Assembly (NCBI GenBank): GCA_964447635.1
Contig: CAYUUC010000002.1
Coordinates: 1-43,648 of the forward strand
Direction of reading: 5' to 3'
DNA length: 43,648 nucleotides
Source: an uncultured Spirochaetia bacterium
Lineage (GTDB): Bacteria > Spirochaetota > UBA6919 > CAYUUC01
Shown: positions 26,602 through 34,976 of the stretch, in pieces
Layout: each line of letters starts with the position of its first letter
Position numbering within the stretch: the stretch's first letter is position 1
Notes under the pieces: generated by a model
Seen by the model: the letters and a program-made list of their open reading frames with translations, nothing else
Told to the model about the DNA's origin: nothing
Database searches by the model: none
Translations under genes and position numbers: made by a program

Positions 26602-29028
26602 ATGAATAAGATCAATGTTGCGCTAGCTGGTAATCCTAATTGCGGTAAAACAACATTATTCAATAATCTTACCGGGTCTAACCATAAGATAGGCAATTGG
26701 TCTGGTGTAACTGTTGAAAAGAAGGTAGGATGGTTATATCATAATCATAACCAAATCGAATTCGTAGACCTTCCCGGGACTTATTCCCTTTCTTCAAGAG
26801 CGATTGATGAAAAGATAGCCCGGGATTACATTATCGGAGAAAAAGAACAATCCGGGAGAAACCATAGACATCGAAAAAGGATGCATAATCGTATGCGGAG
26901 ACATGCTCATCGTGGTGATATGACTGCTTTTTATCCTAACCACCTTTCTGTAAATGACATTAAATCCCAACCGGACATTATCGTTAATATTGTAGATGCT
27001 TCTAATCTGGAACGACACTTCTATTTAACCACTCAGATACTGGAGATGAAAATCCCAATGGTTATCATATTGAATATGACAGATACTGCGAAGAGTAAAG
27101 GGATTGAGATTAACGCATCTAAACTATCTGAAAAGTTGAATGTACCAGTGGTTGAGATGGTTGCATCCGCTAATGTAGGTATAGATGAGTTGAAGGAAGC
27201 CATCACTGAAGATAAGAAAATCAATACTGTGAGATATGATTTTGATGGGCCTATAGAAAAGGCAATCAGCGAGTTATCCCCTCTATTGGAGTTCTATTCT
27301 GATAAAATCGGTTGTAACCTTAGATGGCTCTGTATAAAGGTTTTAGATAAAGACCCTGATATAATGGGTAAGATTAGCAAGATTGATTCTAAAATCGTAC
27401 CTGGTTTAACAGATATAGTCTCTCAGCTTGAGAAAGAGATGGGAGAAGACTCTGATATACTTATAGCAGACGGAAGATATCGCTTTATAAGGGATATCTC
27501 CCACCAGGTGCAGAAGAAAAAGAGCGAGTTTTCAAAGACTCTATCAGATAAAATTGACAACATTGTTTTAAACCGGATTTTCGGCATTCCAATATTCCTG
27601 CTAGTACTTTTTGCCATGTTCTGGATATCAACGGAGGTGGCTTCTGCTGGTATAGACTTTATGGATGCTCTATTCCATGGAGGGGATCTTCTATACTGGA
27701 ACTTTGATGGAATCATACCCATGCTAGGAAATGTGTTTGGGGAAGGGAATTGGCTAAACATTATTCTTTTACAAGGGGTTCTAGGCGGAGTTGGAACAGT
27801 CCTTACCTTCCTACCCATATTGTTCTTGGTCTTCCTGATACTATCTTTCCTGGAGGACTGGGGTTATCTTTCCCGTGCGGCAACGGTTATGGATAGGTTT
27901 ATGCGGTTTATCGGTTTACCGGGAAAAGCTTTTATCAGTTTTATTTTAGGTTTTGGGTGTACCGTACCTGCGGTTATGTCTGCTAGAACACTTGAAGACC
28001 CGGATGAAAGATGGATGACCATCATGCTGGTTCCATTTATGTCGTGTGGGGCAAGGTTACCTGTATATGTGTTCTTCGGTGCCATCTTCTTCGCTAGTTG
28101 GGGCGGGGCTTTGATATTCCTATTATATTTAATTGGTTTGGTACTGGCGGTTATTATTGGTCTGATACTAAAAAAGTGGAAGATGAAAGATAAAGAAGTA
28201 TCAACTTTCGTTATAGAACTGCCCTCATATCATATACCATCTATCAAGAGTGTCATGCTTACTGTATGGAAAAGATTAACCTCATTCCTGAAGAATGCAG
28301 GATTTGTCATAACCATTATTGTGGTGATATTAACAATCATGTCTAATGTCCAACTCTACACACCGGAAAACGCAGGTGAAGATTATGAGTTCCATCCTAA
28401 TAGCAAGGAATCATTGCTTGGTTCTATTGGTCATGGTATCAGTATCCTATTTAGACCTTTGCGGTTTGGTATTGTCCAGAAGGGAGAAAATGAAGGTGAT
28501 ACCAACTGGCGTGCCGGTGTATCGGTATTCACCGGACTATTTGCTAAAGAAGCCATCGTTGGGACTTTCGGAGCTTTGTATAACTTGAGTGGAGAAGAGA
28601 GTGAAGCCCCTCAACTTCCATCCATCGTTAAAGCTATACTAGACAGAGCGGGTATAGATATTAAGATAAACACCAAGTCAAGTTTGAAGGAGATAGACAT
28701 GGTTATAGGCAGATTAAACGCTTATATGGTTCTATCATCTGATACTAGGGATAATATCATTATCAATGAATATCTAAAAGGTTTGGAAGCCTTGAAAGAC
28801 TGGAAGCTATTGGAAGGGAAGATATCACACGATTTTGATTCCTTTTCTGCATTCCTGTTCTTGCTCTTTGTATTGCTTTATACCCCATGTATTGCGGTGA
28901 TAGGAGCTACTTACCGTGAGTTGGGGGCTAAATGGGCTATCTTTCAGGGATTAGGTCTGTTTATATTGGCTTATTTTATTACATTGGTTATTTCTGTGGT
29001 TGGTGCTTTGTTTATCGGATTTGTATAA
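26602..29028 (+). CDS. feoB: Ferrous iron transporter FeoB (G-domain plus polytopic permease) with a ~45-aa His/Arg-rich insertion in the G-domain
   Basis: G1 GNPNCGKTT, G3 DLPG, G4 NMTD. C-terminal gate-motif membrane domain. The insertion is aa 79-123. Confidence 0.93.
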   Translation: MNKINVALAGNPNCGKTTLFNNLTGSNHKIGNWSGVTVEKKVGWLYHNHNQIEFVDLPGTYSLSSRAIDEKIARDYIIGEKEQSGRNHRHRKRMHNRMRRHAHRGDMTAFYPNHLSVNDIKSQPDIIVNIVDASNLERHFYLTTQILEMKIPMVIILNMTDTAKSKGIEINASKLSEKLNVPVVEMVASANVGIDELKEAITEDKKINTVRYDFDGPIEKAISELSPLLEFYSDKIGCNLRWLCIKVLDKDPDIMGKISKIDSKIVPGLTDIVSQLEKEMGEDSDILIADGRYRFIRDISHQVQKKKSEFSKTLSDKIDNIVLNRIFGIPIFLLVLFAMFWISTEVASAGIDFMDALFHGGDLLYWNFDGIIPMLGNVFGEGNWLNIILLQGVLGGVGTVLTFLPILFLVFLILSFLEDWGYLSRAATVMDRFMRFIGLPGKAFISFILGFGCTVPAVMSARTLEDPDERWMTIMLVPFMSCGARLPVYVFFGAIFFASWGGALIFLLYLIGLVLAVIIGLILKKWKMKDKEVSTFVIELPSYHIPSIKSVMLTVWKRLTSFLKNAGFVITIIVVILTIMSNVQLYTPENAGEDYEFHPNSKESLLGSIGHGISILFRPLRFGIVQKGENEGDTNWRAGVSVFTGLFAKEAIVGTFGALYNLSGEESEAPQLPSIVKAILDRAGIDIKINTKSSLKEIDMVIGRLNAYMVLSSDTRDNIIINEYLKGLEALKDWKLLEGKISHDFDSFSAFLFLLFVLLYTPCIAVIGATYRELGAKWAIFQGLGLFILAYFITLVISVVGALFIGFV

Positions 29029-29040
29029 TGGATTGGAGGT

Positions 29041-29235
29041 ATGATGTTTAAAAAAAGACCTAAGGTTATGAGTGAAATTATAGCTATCTTTATTTTGATT
29101 TTTATATTGATTTGGTTTTTTTTAATTAATTTTGACCCATTGAATATATCTTTAACGGCTATAGTATCAGGACTTATATTAGTATTGGCTGTTATATGGT
29201 CTGTGATTAGCATATTAAGGTTTATTAGAGTTTGA
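29041..29235 (+). CDS. Small two-TM membrane protein (64 aa), part of the feo cluster
   Basis: GGAGG RBS 2 nt before the ATG. Two hydrophobic helices. Wedged between feoB and feoC with 12-16 nt gaps. No Cys, so it is not the usual FeoB-associated Cys-rich peptide. Confidence 0.55.
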   Translation: MMFKKRPKVMSEIIAIFILIFILIWFFLINFDPLNISLTAIVSGLILVLAVIWSVISILRFIRV

Positions 29236-29251
29236 TTTTACGGAGTGATTG

Positions 29252-29506
29252 ATGGTTATAAGGATACTTGAATTGCTTAAAGAGAGAAAATGCATGAGTT
29301 TGAAGGAATTAAGTATATCATTGGATATGCATAAAGACGCAGTAGAAGACATGTTAGAGATGTTAATCCGTAAAGGTAAGGTTAAGAAGATTGATACGAA
29401 AACATCAGAAGCTGTATGCCCTTCTAACAAAGGTATTAATTGTAAGGATTGCTTCTTTGTCAAGGATAAGGGTTACTTTAAGTTTTATACTCTAGCAGAG
29501 CATTGA
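29252..29506 (+). CDS. feoC: FeoC-like winged-helix protein
   Basis: LLKERKCMSLKELSISLDMHKDAVEDMLEMLIRKGKVKK wHTH followed by the Cys cluster CPSNKGINCKDC. ATG at 29252 after GGAG. Confidence 0.75.
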   Translation: MVIRILELLKERKCMSLKELSISLDMHKDAVEDMLEMLIRKGKVKKIDTKTSEAVCPSNKGINCKDCFFVKDKGYFKFYTLAEH

Positions 29507-29520
29507 ATGAATGAATCATG

Positions 29521-31689
29521 TCAATCCATTGTCAGGAAAGCCATTCTGAGTATCCTCAACTCACCATAATCTATCTCTTCGTTTAACTCCTCGAATATCG
29601 GCTTTAGTTTTCGACATCCAAGTTTGGTAAAAGCATTAAACACTCTACCCCTTCCATCTTCGTTTAGGAATGAGTAATTCAAGAAGCCATCCGACCTGAT
29701 CCGGTTTCCTTCACCATAGTATTTATATAAATGGGAAATCACAGTCTCCTGGGCTATTCCATACTTCTTCATTAAATCATCAATTGAATAGCCTTCATTA
29801 TAAAGTTCTCCTATGGTGATATACCTCTTTTTCAGCTTTGATTTAGCCTTTTGTTTGGGTGATTTGGATATCTTTTTGGGTTTCTCTACAAGGTTGTTTT
29901 CAGAACAGTATTCCGAGATTATGTCCATAAAAACCTTTCCATACTTATCATACTTGGTCTCACCTAAACCAATCATATTAAGCATTGATTGACGGGATTG
30001 GGGGTAATAATAGGACATTTCGATAAGTGAAGTATCATGGAATATTGTATAGGGGGGGATCTGGCTGGTATCGGCTATCTCTTTTCGCTTCTTCCTTAGT
30101 ATCTCGAACAACACCTTATCATATTCAACCTCCTCTTGCTTCTTTTCAATCGGTTTGACATCTATTTCCTCTAGCTGGGTGCCTAAGAATCTATCTTCAC
30201 CTCTGAATAGCTTCCACGCATCTCTTGTCAATTTGATACTTCCATACTCCTGGTCTCTTATCATCAGTCTTTCACGTAACAACTGCTGACCGATGTGTTT
30301 CCATTGCTTCTTAGTAAACTCCTTGCCAATACCATAAGTAGAAAGTTTATCATGTTGATTATCCATAACCTTTTTCGCAGTAGAACCCCGTAAGACATCG
30401 ATTATATGGTTAATACCGAAAAGTTCTCCCGTCCTCTTTACACATGAGAGGAACTTTTGAGCTGGTATCGTAAGGTCGATAAGCTCTTTACTACCTCCCA
30501 AACAATTATCACACATACTACAGTTACTATTATTATAATCCTCACCGAAGTAGTTGAGCAATTGTTTCCTGCGACAACCTACAGTTCTGGCAAAGTAAAG
30601 CAAGGACTCCAGGTGTAGCTTTGCTACATCCCTTTCATGTGGGTCAGACATGTTATTGATGAAGTATTCAATCTTCTTTACATCACCATAACTGTATAGG
30701 AGAAGACAATATGATTTAAGCCCATCCCGACCTGCTCTGCCTATCTGCTGATAGTAGCTTTCAAGGTTCTTTGGCAGGTCGTAATGAATGATGTATCTAA
30801 CATCCGGTTTATTGATGCCCATTCCAAAAGCTACTGTGGCGACAATGATGTCTATATCATCCTTAATAAACAATTCCTGGTTCAAAGCCCTTTCATCATG
30901 TTCCAGTCCGGCATGATAGGGTCTTGCTGAGAAACCTGCTTGGTTTAGTCTTTCGGCAAGTTCTTCCACCATTCTTCTGGTTAAGCAGTATATGATACCG
31001 GATTGGTTCGGGAACTTCTTGATATATTCGATGGTTTGGCTAGTTGAATCATTCTTAGGCATTACCTGTAGGAAGAGGTTTTTACGGTCAAAACTAGCTA
31101 TAAATTGGTTTGGGTCTTTGAAGGATAGTATATCTATAATATCATCCTGAACTCGAGGGGTGGCTGTTGCTGTTAGTGCAAGACATACCGCATCTGAAAA
31201 CATCTCCCGTACTTCCATAAGCTGACGATAATCCGGTCTGAAGTCATGCCCCCATTCCGATATACAATGAGCTTCGTCTATCGTTATACAGTCTACTTTA
31301 AGGGATGATAGAAAAGATGCAGTCTTCTCCTTAAGCAATCGTTCCGGAGCAAGATATAACAGTTTAGCTTTACCGGATAGTAAACGATTTATGTTGAGTC
31401 TGTATTCTTCAAGGGATAGAGAACTGTTAAGCAAAACAGCATCGATACCTATCTGGTTCATCTGTTCCACCTGGTCTTTCATAAGTGAAATGAGAGGTGA
31501 TATGACTATGGTTATACCCTCGAATATCTGGGATGGTATCTGATAACATATGGACTTTCCGCTTCCAGTAGGCATTATGGCAAGTGTGTCTCTTTTATTC
31601 AACACATTATTGATGATTTTTTCCTGAAGTGGGTGGAATTCTTCATAGCCAAAAGTCTTTTTTAGTATTAGTTTTGCCTGGTTTTTCAT
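29521..31689 (-). CDS. recQ: ATP-dependent DNA helicase RecQ with HRDC and an extra C-terminal HTH-like extension
   Basis: Motif I MPTGSGKS, motif II DEAHCISEWGHDFRP, Zn-binding CRRKQLLNYFGE...CSMCDNC, HRDC (PPYTIFHDTSLIEM). 722 aa, about 100 aa longer than E. coli RecQ. Confidence 0.93.
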   Translation of the reverse strand: MKNQAKLILKKTFGYEEFHPLQEKIINNVLNKRDTLAIMPTGSGKSICYQIPSQIFEGITIVISPLISLMKDQVEQMNQIGIDAVLLNSSLSLEEYRLNINRLLSGKAKLLYLAPERLLKEKTASFLSSLKVDCITIDEAHCISEWGHDFRPDYRQLMEVREMFSDAVCLALTATATPRVQDDIIDILSFKDPNQFIASFDRKNLFLQVMPKNDSTSQTIEYIKKFPNQSGIIYCLTRRMVEELAERLNQAGFSARPYHAGLEHDERALNQELFIKDDIDIIVATVAFGMGINKPDVRYIIHYDLPKNLESYYQQIGRAGRDGLKSYCLLLYSYGDVKKIEYFINNMSDPHERDVAKLHLESLLYFARTVGCRRKQLLNYFGEDYNNSNCSMCDNCLGGSKELIDLTIPAQKFLSCVKRTGELFGINHIIDVLRGSTAKKVMDNQHDKLSTYGIGKEFTKKQWKHIGQQLLRERLMIRDQEYGSIKLTRDAWKLFRGEDRFLGTQLEEIDVKPIEKKQEEVEYDKVLFEILRKKRKEIADTSQIPPYTIFHDTSLIEMSYYYPQSRQSMLNMIGLGETKYDKYGKVFMDIISEYCSENNLVEKPKKISKSPKQKAKSKLKKRYITIGELYNEGYSIDDLMKKYGIAQETVISHLYKYYGEGNRIRSDGFLNYSFLNEDGRGRVFNAFTKLGCRKLKPIFEELNEEIDYGELRILRMAFLTMD

Positions 31690-31811
31690 ATATATAAATC
31701 AAGTCTTTTATAATGTTATTTAAAAAAATAAAAAAAATTTCAATTATACAAATGTTTTAGTGAAAGAAATTTATTAAATTTTAGTCAATATTCATATGAT
31801 GAGAGAGTATT

Positions 31812-32540
31812 ATGCATGTAATCGAAGTATCTGGTTTAACAAAATTCTCACGAAGAGAGAAAATTATTGATAATCTTGACCTTATTGTGAAAGAAGGTGA
31901 ATCTTTCGGAATTATCAGCAAGAATCAATCCCAAATATCCACTCTATTTAAAATCCTGCTAAATTATGCCTATCCATCAAAAGGTTTAGCGATGGTCTTC
32001 GGAATGAACTCGGTAGTATATAGTAAAGCAATAAAGCAGTGGGTAGCTTATGTGCCTTATGATATAAAACTTAAGGGGAATATATCTGCGGAAACTCTAT
32101 TGAAAGATGTATCAAAGTTCTATAGAAAAGATGACCAGTCACTTGAGGAAGAGATATCTACTATACAATTTATACTAGACATAGACTTAAATTTAAAGTT
32201 AAACCAATGTTCTATGGTAGACCTTCGTAAAGTATGGATTATTAAGACACTCATTACCTTACCAAGTCTGGCTGTTTTAGACCATCCAACAATCGGTCTA
32301 GACCCGGTGATGAAAACCAGAGTTATAGAACTATTCAAGGATTATAAGCAACAAGGGAATCATATCCTCATTTCCTCCAATGATATTGACTGTTTATTAA
32401 ATCTATGTGATAAGATAGGTATGATGAAAGATGGGAGTATAAAGCATATCTTAAAAATAAAAGACATCTATTCTCATAATAAGTCAAAAATGAGGAAGGC
32501 TTTTCTAGATAAATATAAAAGGATTATGTATAATGAATAA
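31812..32540 (+). CDS. ABC transporter nucleotide-binding-domain homologue with degenerate catalytic motifs (probable pseudo-ATPase)
   Basis: Overall ABC NBD layout (DLIVKEGESFGI..., ...VLDHPTIGLDP...). However, Walker A reads GIISKNQSQIST, the signature CSMVDLRK, Walker B AVLDH and the H-loop SSN. Confidence 0.7.
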   Translation: MHVIEVSGLTKFSRREKIIDNLDLIVKEGESFGIISKNQSQISTLFKILLNYAYPSKGLAMVFGMNSVVYSKAIKQWVAYVPYDIKLKGNISAETLLKDVSKFYRKDDQSLEEEISTIQFILDIDLNLKLNQCSMVDLRKVWIIKTLITLPSLAVLDHPTIGLDPVMKTRVIELFKDYKQQGNHILISSNDIDCLLNLCDKIGMMKDGSIKHILKIKDIYSHNKSKMRKAFLDKYKRIMYNE

Positions 32541-33291
32541 TTTATATCTTAGGCAATTATCAGATAACATTATTTACTTCATAGTAGGGACAATAATAAC
32601 CGTATTACTTACCAGCATCTTTATGATTACCAATATCTTTATTACCGGATTTATGTTCGAAACAACATCCCTACCGTATGAAACAGGAATATATCGAATA
32701 GAAGAGGTTATACCTATGGCGGGTCCTTTGATTATGCTGGTGAATATGATTTTCTGCTTTGGATTGGGTTCTCGAGCTATGACAATCCAGAATGGGTACC
32801 AAAAGGAGAATATATTGCTTGGTTTGCCTATAAGCAGGTTAGGGATAACCTTAAGCCGAATATTATCATCATTTACTCTTTTAGGGGGTTATTTCTTTAT
32901 AGTTTTCTTAAATCTGTTTATATTACTGGAGATTTACAGTAATCAATTAGGTTATAGCTTTTCAGCATTAGTATCAGTGAGTGTTACTTTATTCTTTACC
33001 GGATTAGTTATGTTTTCCCTGGGATTGATATTGTCACTTTTTATTAAACGGTATATAGTAAACATAATAGGTCTTTCTTATATTGTAATAATGCTATTGG
33101 TTAATATTCTATCATTAACGAGGAATCCGGTTCTGTTAATCTTAAATGCTATTAACCCTTTCAGATATATTATATTTCAGGTGATTATCAGCACGGAGAA
33201 GATTAATTCATTGGTCATACTCGGTTTCGGTTTAATCTCACTAGTGATGGTTTTCATAGGCTTAATTGTTTACAATAAGAAGGATTTTTAG
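32533..33291 (+). CDS. ABC-2 type transporter permease
   Basis: Six predicted TM segments. Start overlaps the upstream NBD gene by 8 nt (ATGAATAA), suggesting translational coupling. Confidence 0.65.
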   Translation: MNNLYLRQLSDNIIYFIVGTIITVLLTSIFMITNIFITGFMFETTSLPYETGIYRIEEVIPMAGPLIMLVNMIFCFGLGSRAMTIQNGYQKENILLGLPISRLGITLSRILSSFTLLGGYFFIVFLNLFILLEIYSNQLGYSFSALVSVSVTLFFTGLVMFSLGLILSLFIKRYIVNIIGLSYIVIMLLVNILSLTRNPVLLILNAINPFRYIIFQVIISTEKINSLVILGFGLISLVMVFIGLIVYNKKDF

Positions 33292-34133
33292 TCAACAAGC
33301 TCTTTAACAAAGTTTGGTAAGGCGAAACATGCTTTATGTATATCTTTGTTATAGTATCGAGTGTTTTTTGCTATCATATCTGCTTTCTCTATGATTAAAT
33401 CATTCTTCGGGTGATACTTCTTAGAACCCACTCCGAAAGACCACATCCCCATCGGATAATCTGGAATGAATGAGAGATAAAGCGAACTTATATCAAAAAG
33501 CTGCTCTAATCGTTGATGAAAAACATCCCTGATTAAGTCTTTATGAAGGAAAGGTGATTCAGACTGGAATACCAGCATCCCATCATCGGATAAAGCATCA
33601 AAGCATAGCTGGTAGAAGTCCTTCTCGAATAGTTTAGCACCTTCACCTATGGGGTCTGTCGAGTCGACCAATATGATATCAAAGTTAGAGTGGTTATCTT
33701 TTAAATATTTAAAACCATCTTGAATACTGATATCCACCTTCGGATTATCGAGTTGTGATGAAGTAAATGGTAGATACTCTTTCGATTTATCTATCACCTC
33801 TTTATCAATCTCACAAAGGACTGCTTTCTTGACTTGATCATGTTTAAGTATTTCTCGTATGGTTCCGCCATCTCCCCCTCCGATGACCAATACTCTTACA
33901 GTATTGGGATGGACACATAATGGAATATGGGTAAGCATTTCATGGTATACAAATTCGAACTTTTCGCTAACCATGATTAAGTCATCCAGGGTTAACATTC
34001 TTCCTTGTTCCTCAGTCTCATATACATCTATCTTCTGGTATTTGGAATAACCTGAATATATGGTTTCTTTAATTCTGAAACCTATCCTTTGGTTTTCTGT
34101 TTGTTGTTCGTAGAACCAGTCTTTATGTCTCAT
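33288..34133 (-). CDS. speE: Spermidine synthase / aminopropyltransferase
   Basis: VLVIGGGDGGTIREILKH, CEIDKEV and DSTDPIGEGAKLF motifs. 281 aa. Confidence 0.9.
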   Translation of the reverse strand: MRHKDWFYEQQTENQRIGFRIKETIYSGYSKYQKIDVYETEEQGRMLTLDDLIMVSEKFEFVYHEMLTHIPLCVHPNTVRVLVIGGGDGGTIREILKHDQVKKAVLCEIDKEVIDKSKEYLPFTSSQLDNPKVDISIQDGFKYLKDNHSNFDIILVDSTDPIGEGAKLFEKDFYQLCFDALSDDGMLVFQSESPFLHKDLIRDVFHQRLEQLFDISSLYLSFIPDYPMGMWSFGVGSKKYHPKNDLIIEKADMIAKNTRYYNKDIHKACFALPNFVKELVD

Positions 34134-34172
34134 ATTACTTCACCTCCGTTTATGGCTGGATTTATTATTAAA

Positions 34173-34640
34173 TTAATACCATAAAACACAACATGCAAAC
34201 ACAGCTCCAGTATGTTCTACCTTATGAGAAGTGGATTTTGCTTTTATTACCTTTATTTCTTCGTTTCTGCTTTTCATTGCTTCTATAGCCATATTTTTGA
34301 CGATTTCTTCGGCTTCTTCTTTATGAGATGATGCTGAGTATTCCATGATAACCCCGGGTTTAGTGCTGTCTTTAGGTATGGCAACAGCGATAGCAGCACT
34401 GATGATTTCTCCTGGTAATTGGCTGACTTTGGATGCATATGCTGTAGGGACTAATGCACCATATGGGAAGCTTATGTCTTTGACTTCCTGACATAGTGGA
34501 GGGATAATGCTTGACATTCGAACCAGGTTCGTATTACCCACTTTGGAATTGAGTAATGCGTTATCGAAAGCATTAAGCGGGGACCATCCCTCTGCAGAAC
34601 CTGCTGTGATGAAGTATTTAGTAGGAATGTTAACCATCAT
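34173..34640 (-). CDS. pdaD: Pyruvoyl-dependent arginine decarboxylase
   Basis: 155 aa. Self-cleavage Ser-Ser site in NLVRMSSIIPP. ITAGSAEG N-terminal motif. Confidence 0.88.
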   Translation of the reverse strand: MMVNIPTKYFITAGSAEGWSPLNAFDNALLNSKVGNTNLVRMSSIIPPLCQEVKDISFPYGALVPTAYASKVSQLPGEIISAAIAVAIPKDSTKPGVIMEYSASSHKEEAEEIVKNMAIEAMKSRNEEIKVIKAKSTSHKVEHTGAVFACCVLWY

Positions 34641-34826
34641 GATAATTATTACCTCTGAATAAAAAATGGATTATATTTTAATATATAATATTTATCAAAA
34701 TGCGGAAAAAAATACTGATTTTGACCAATTTTTTGTTATTTATTAATAAGGTTTAATAAAAAGTAAAAAAATATTGGTAGTGGTATATTTATAACTGATT
34801 AGTAAGGACACTTAGTTCTTCTCAAA

Positions 34827-34904
34827 GGAACATCGAGCAAGCATCGAACTGTTTGTATTCGCCATCTAGGATGGTGTGGTCATTTCGACTTCGCTCTTAT
34901 GACC
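34827..34904 (+). other. GC-rich structured element, copy A (candidate cis-regulatory leader RNA or palindromic repeat)
   Basis: Shares GGRACATCGAGC ... YCGAA ... GTCRTTTCGRCT ... CTC ... YGACC with copy B at 43324-43385. Two helices are supported by compensatory changes. It stands out as a GC island in a 336-bp AT-rich intergenic region. Confidence 0.45.
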
Positions 34905-34976
34905 TGATTAATCACAAACAAAATAACCATTACAAAAATATTAAATCATAAATGATAACCAAAGGAACGCAATTAT

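Noticed and set aside
27423-27818. 131-aa ORF antisense within feoB.
   Set aside because: It lies inside the conserved FeoB membrane domain, and the translation looks like a mirror-frame artefact (Pro/Ser/Arg-rich).
34827-34904. The GC-rich element as a tRNA fragment or a known riboswitch (guanidine ykkC classes, c-di-GMP GEMM, others I can recall).
   Set aside because: No acceptor or T-arm features, and none of the consensus cores I remember for those classes is present. I kept it as an unclassified structured element instead.
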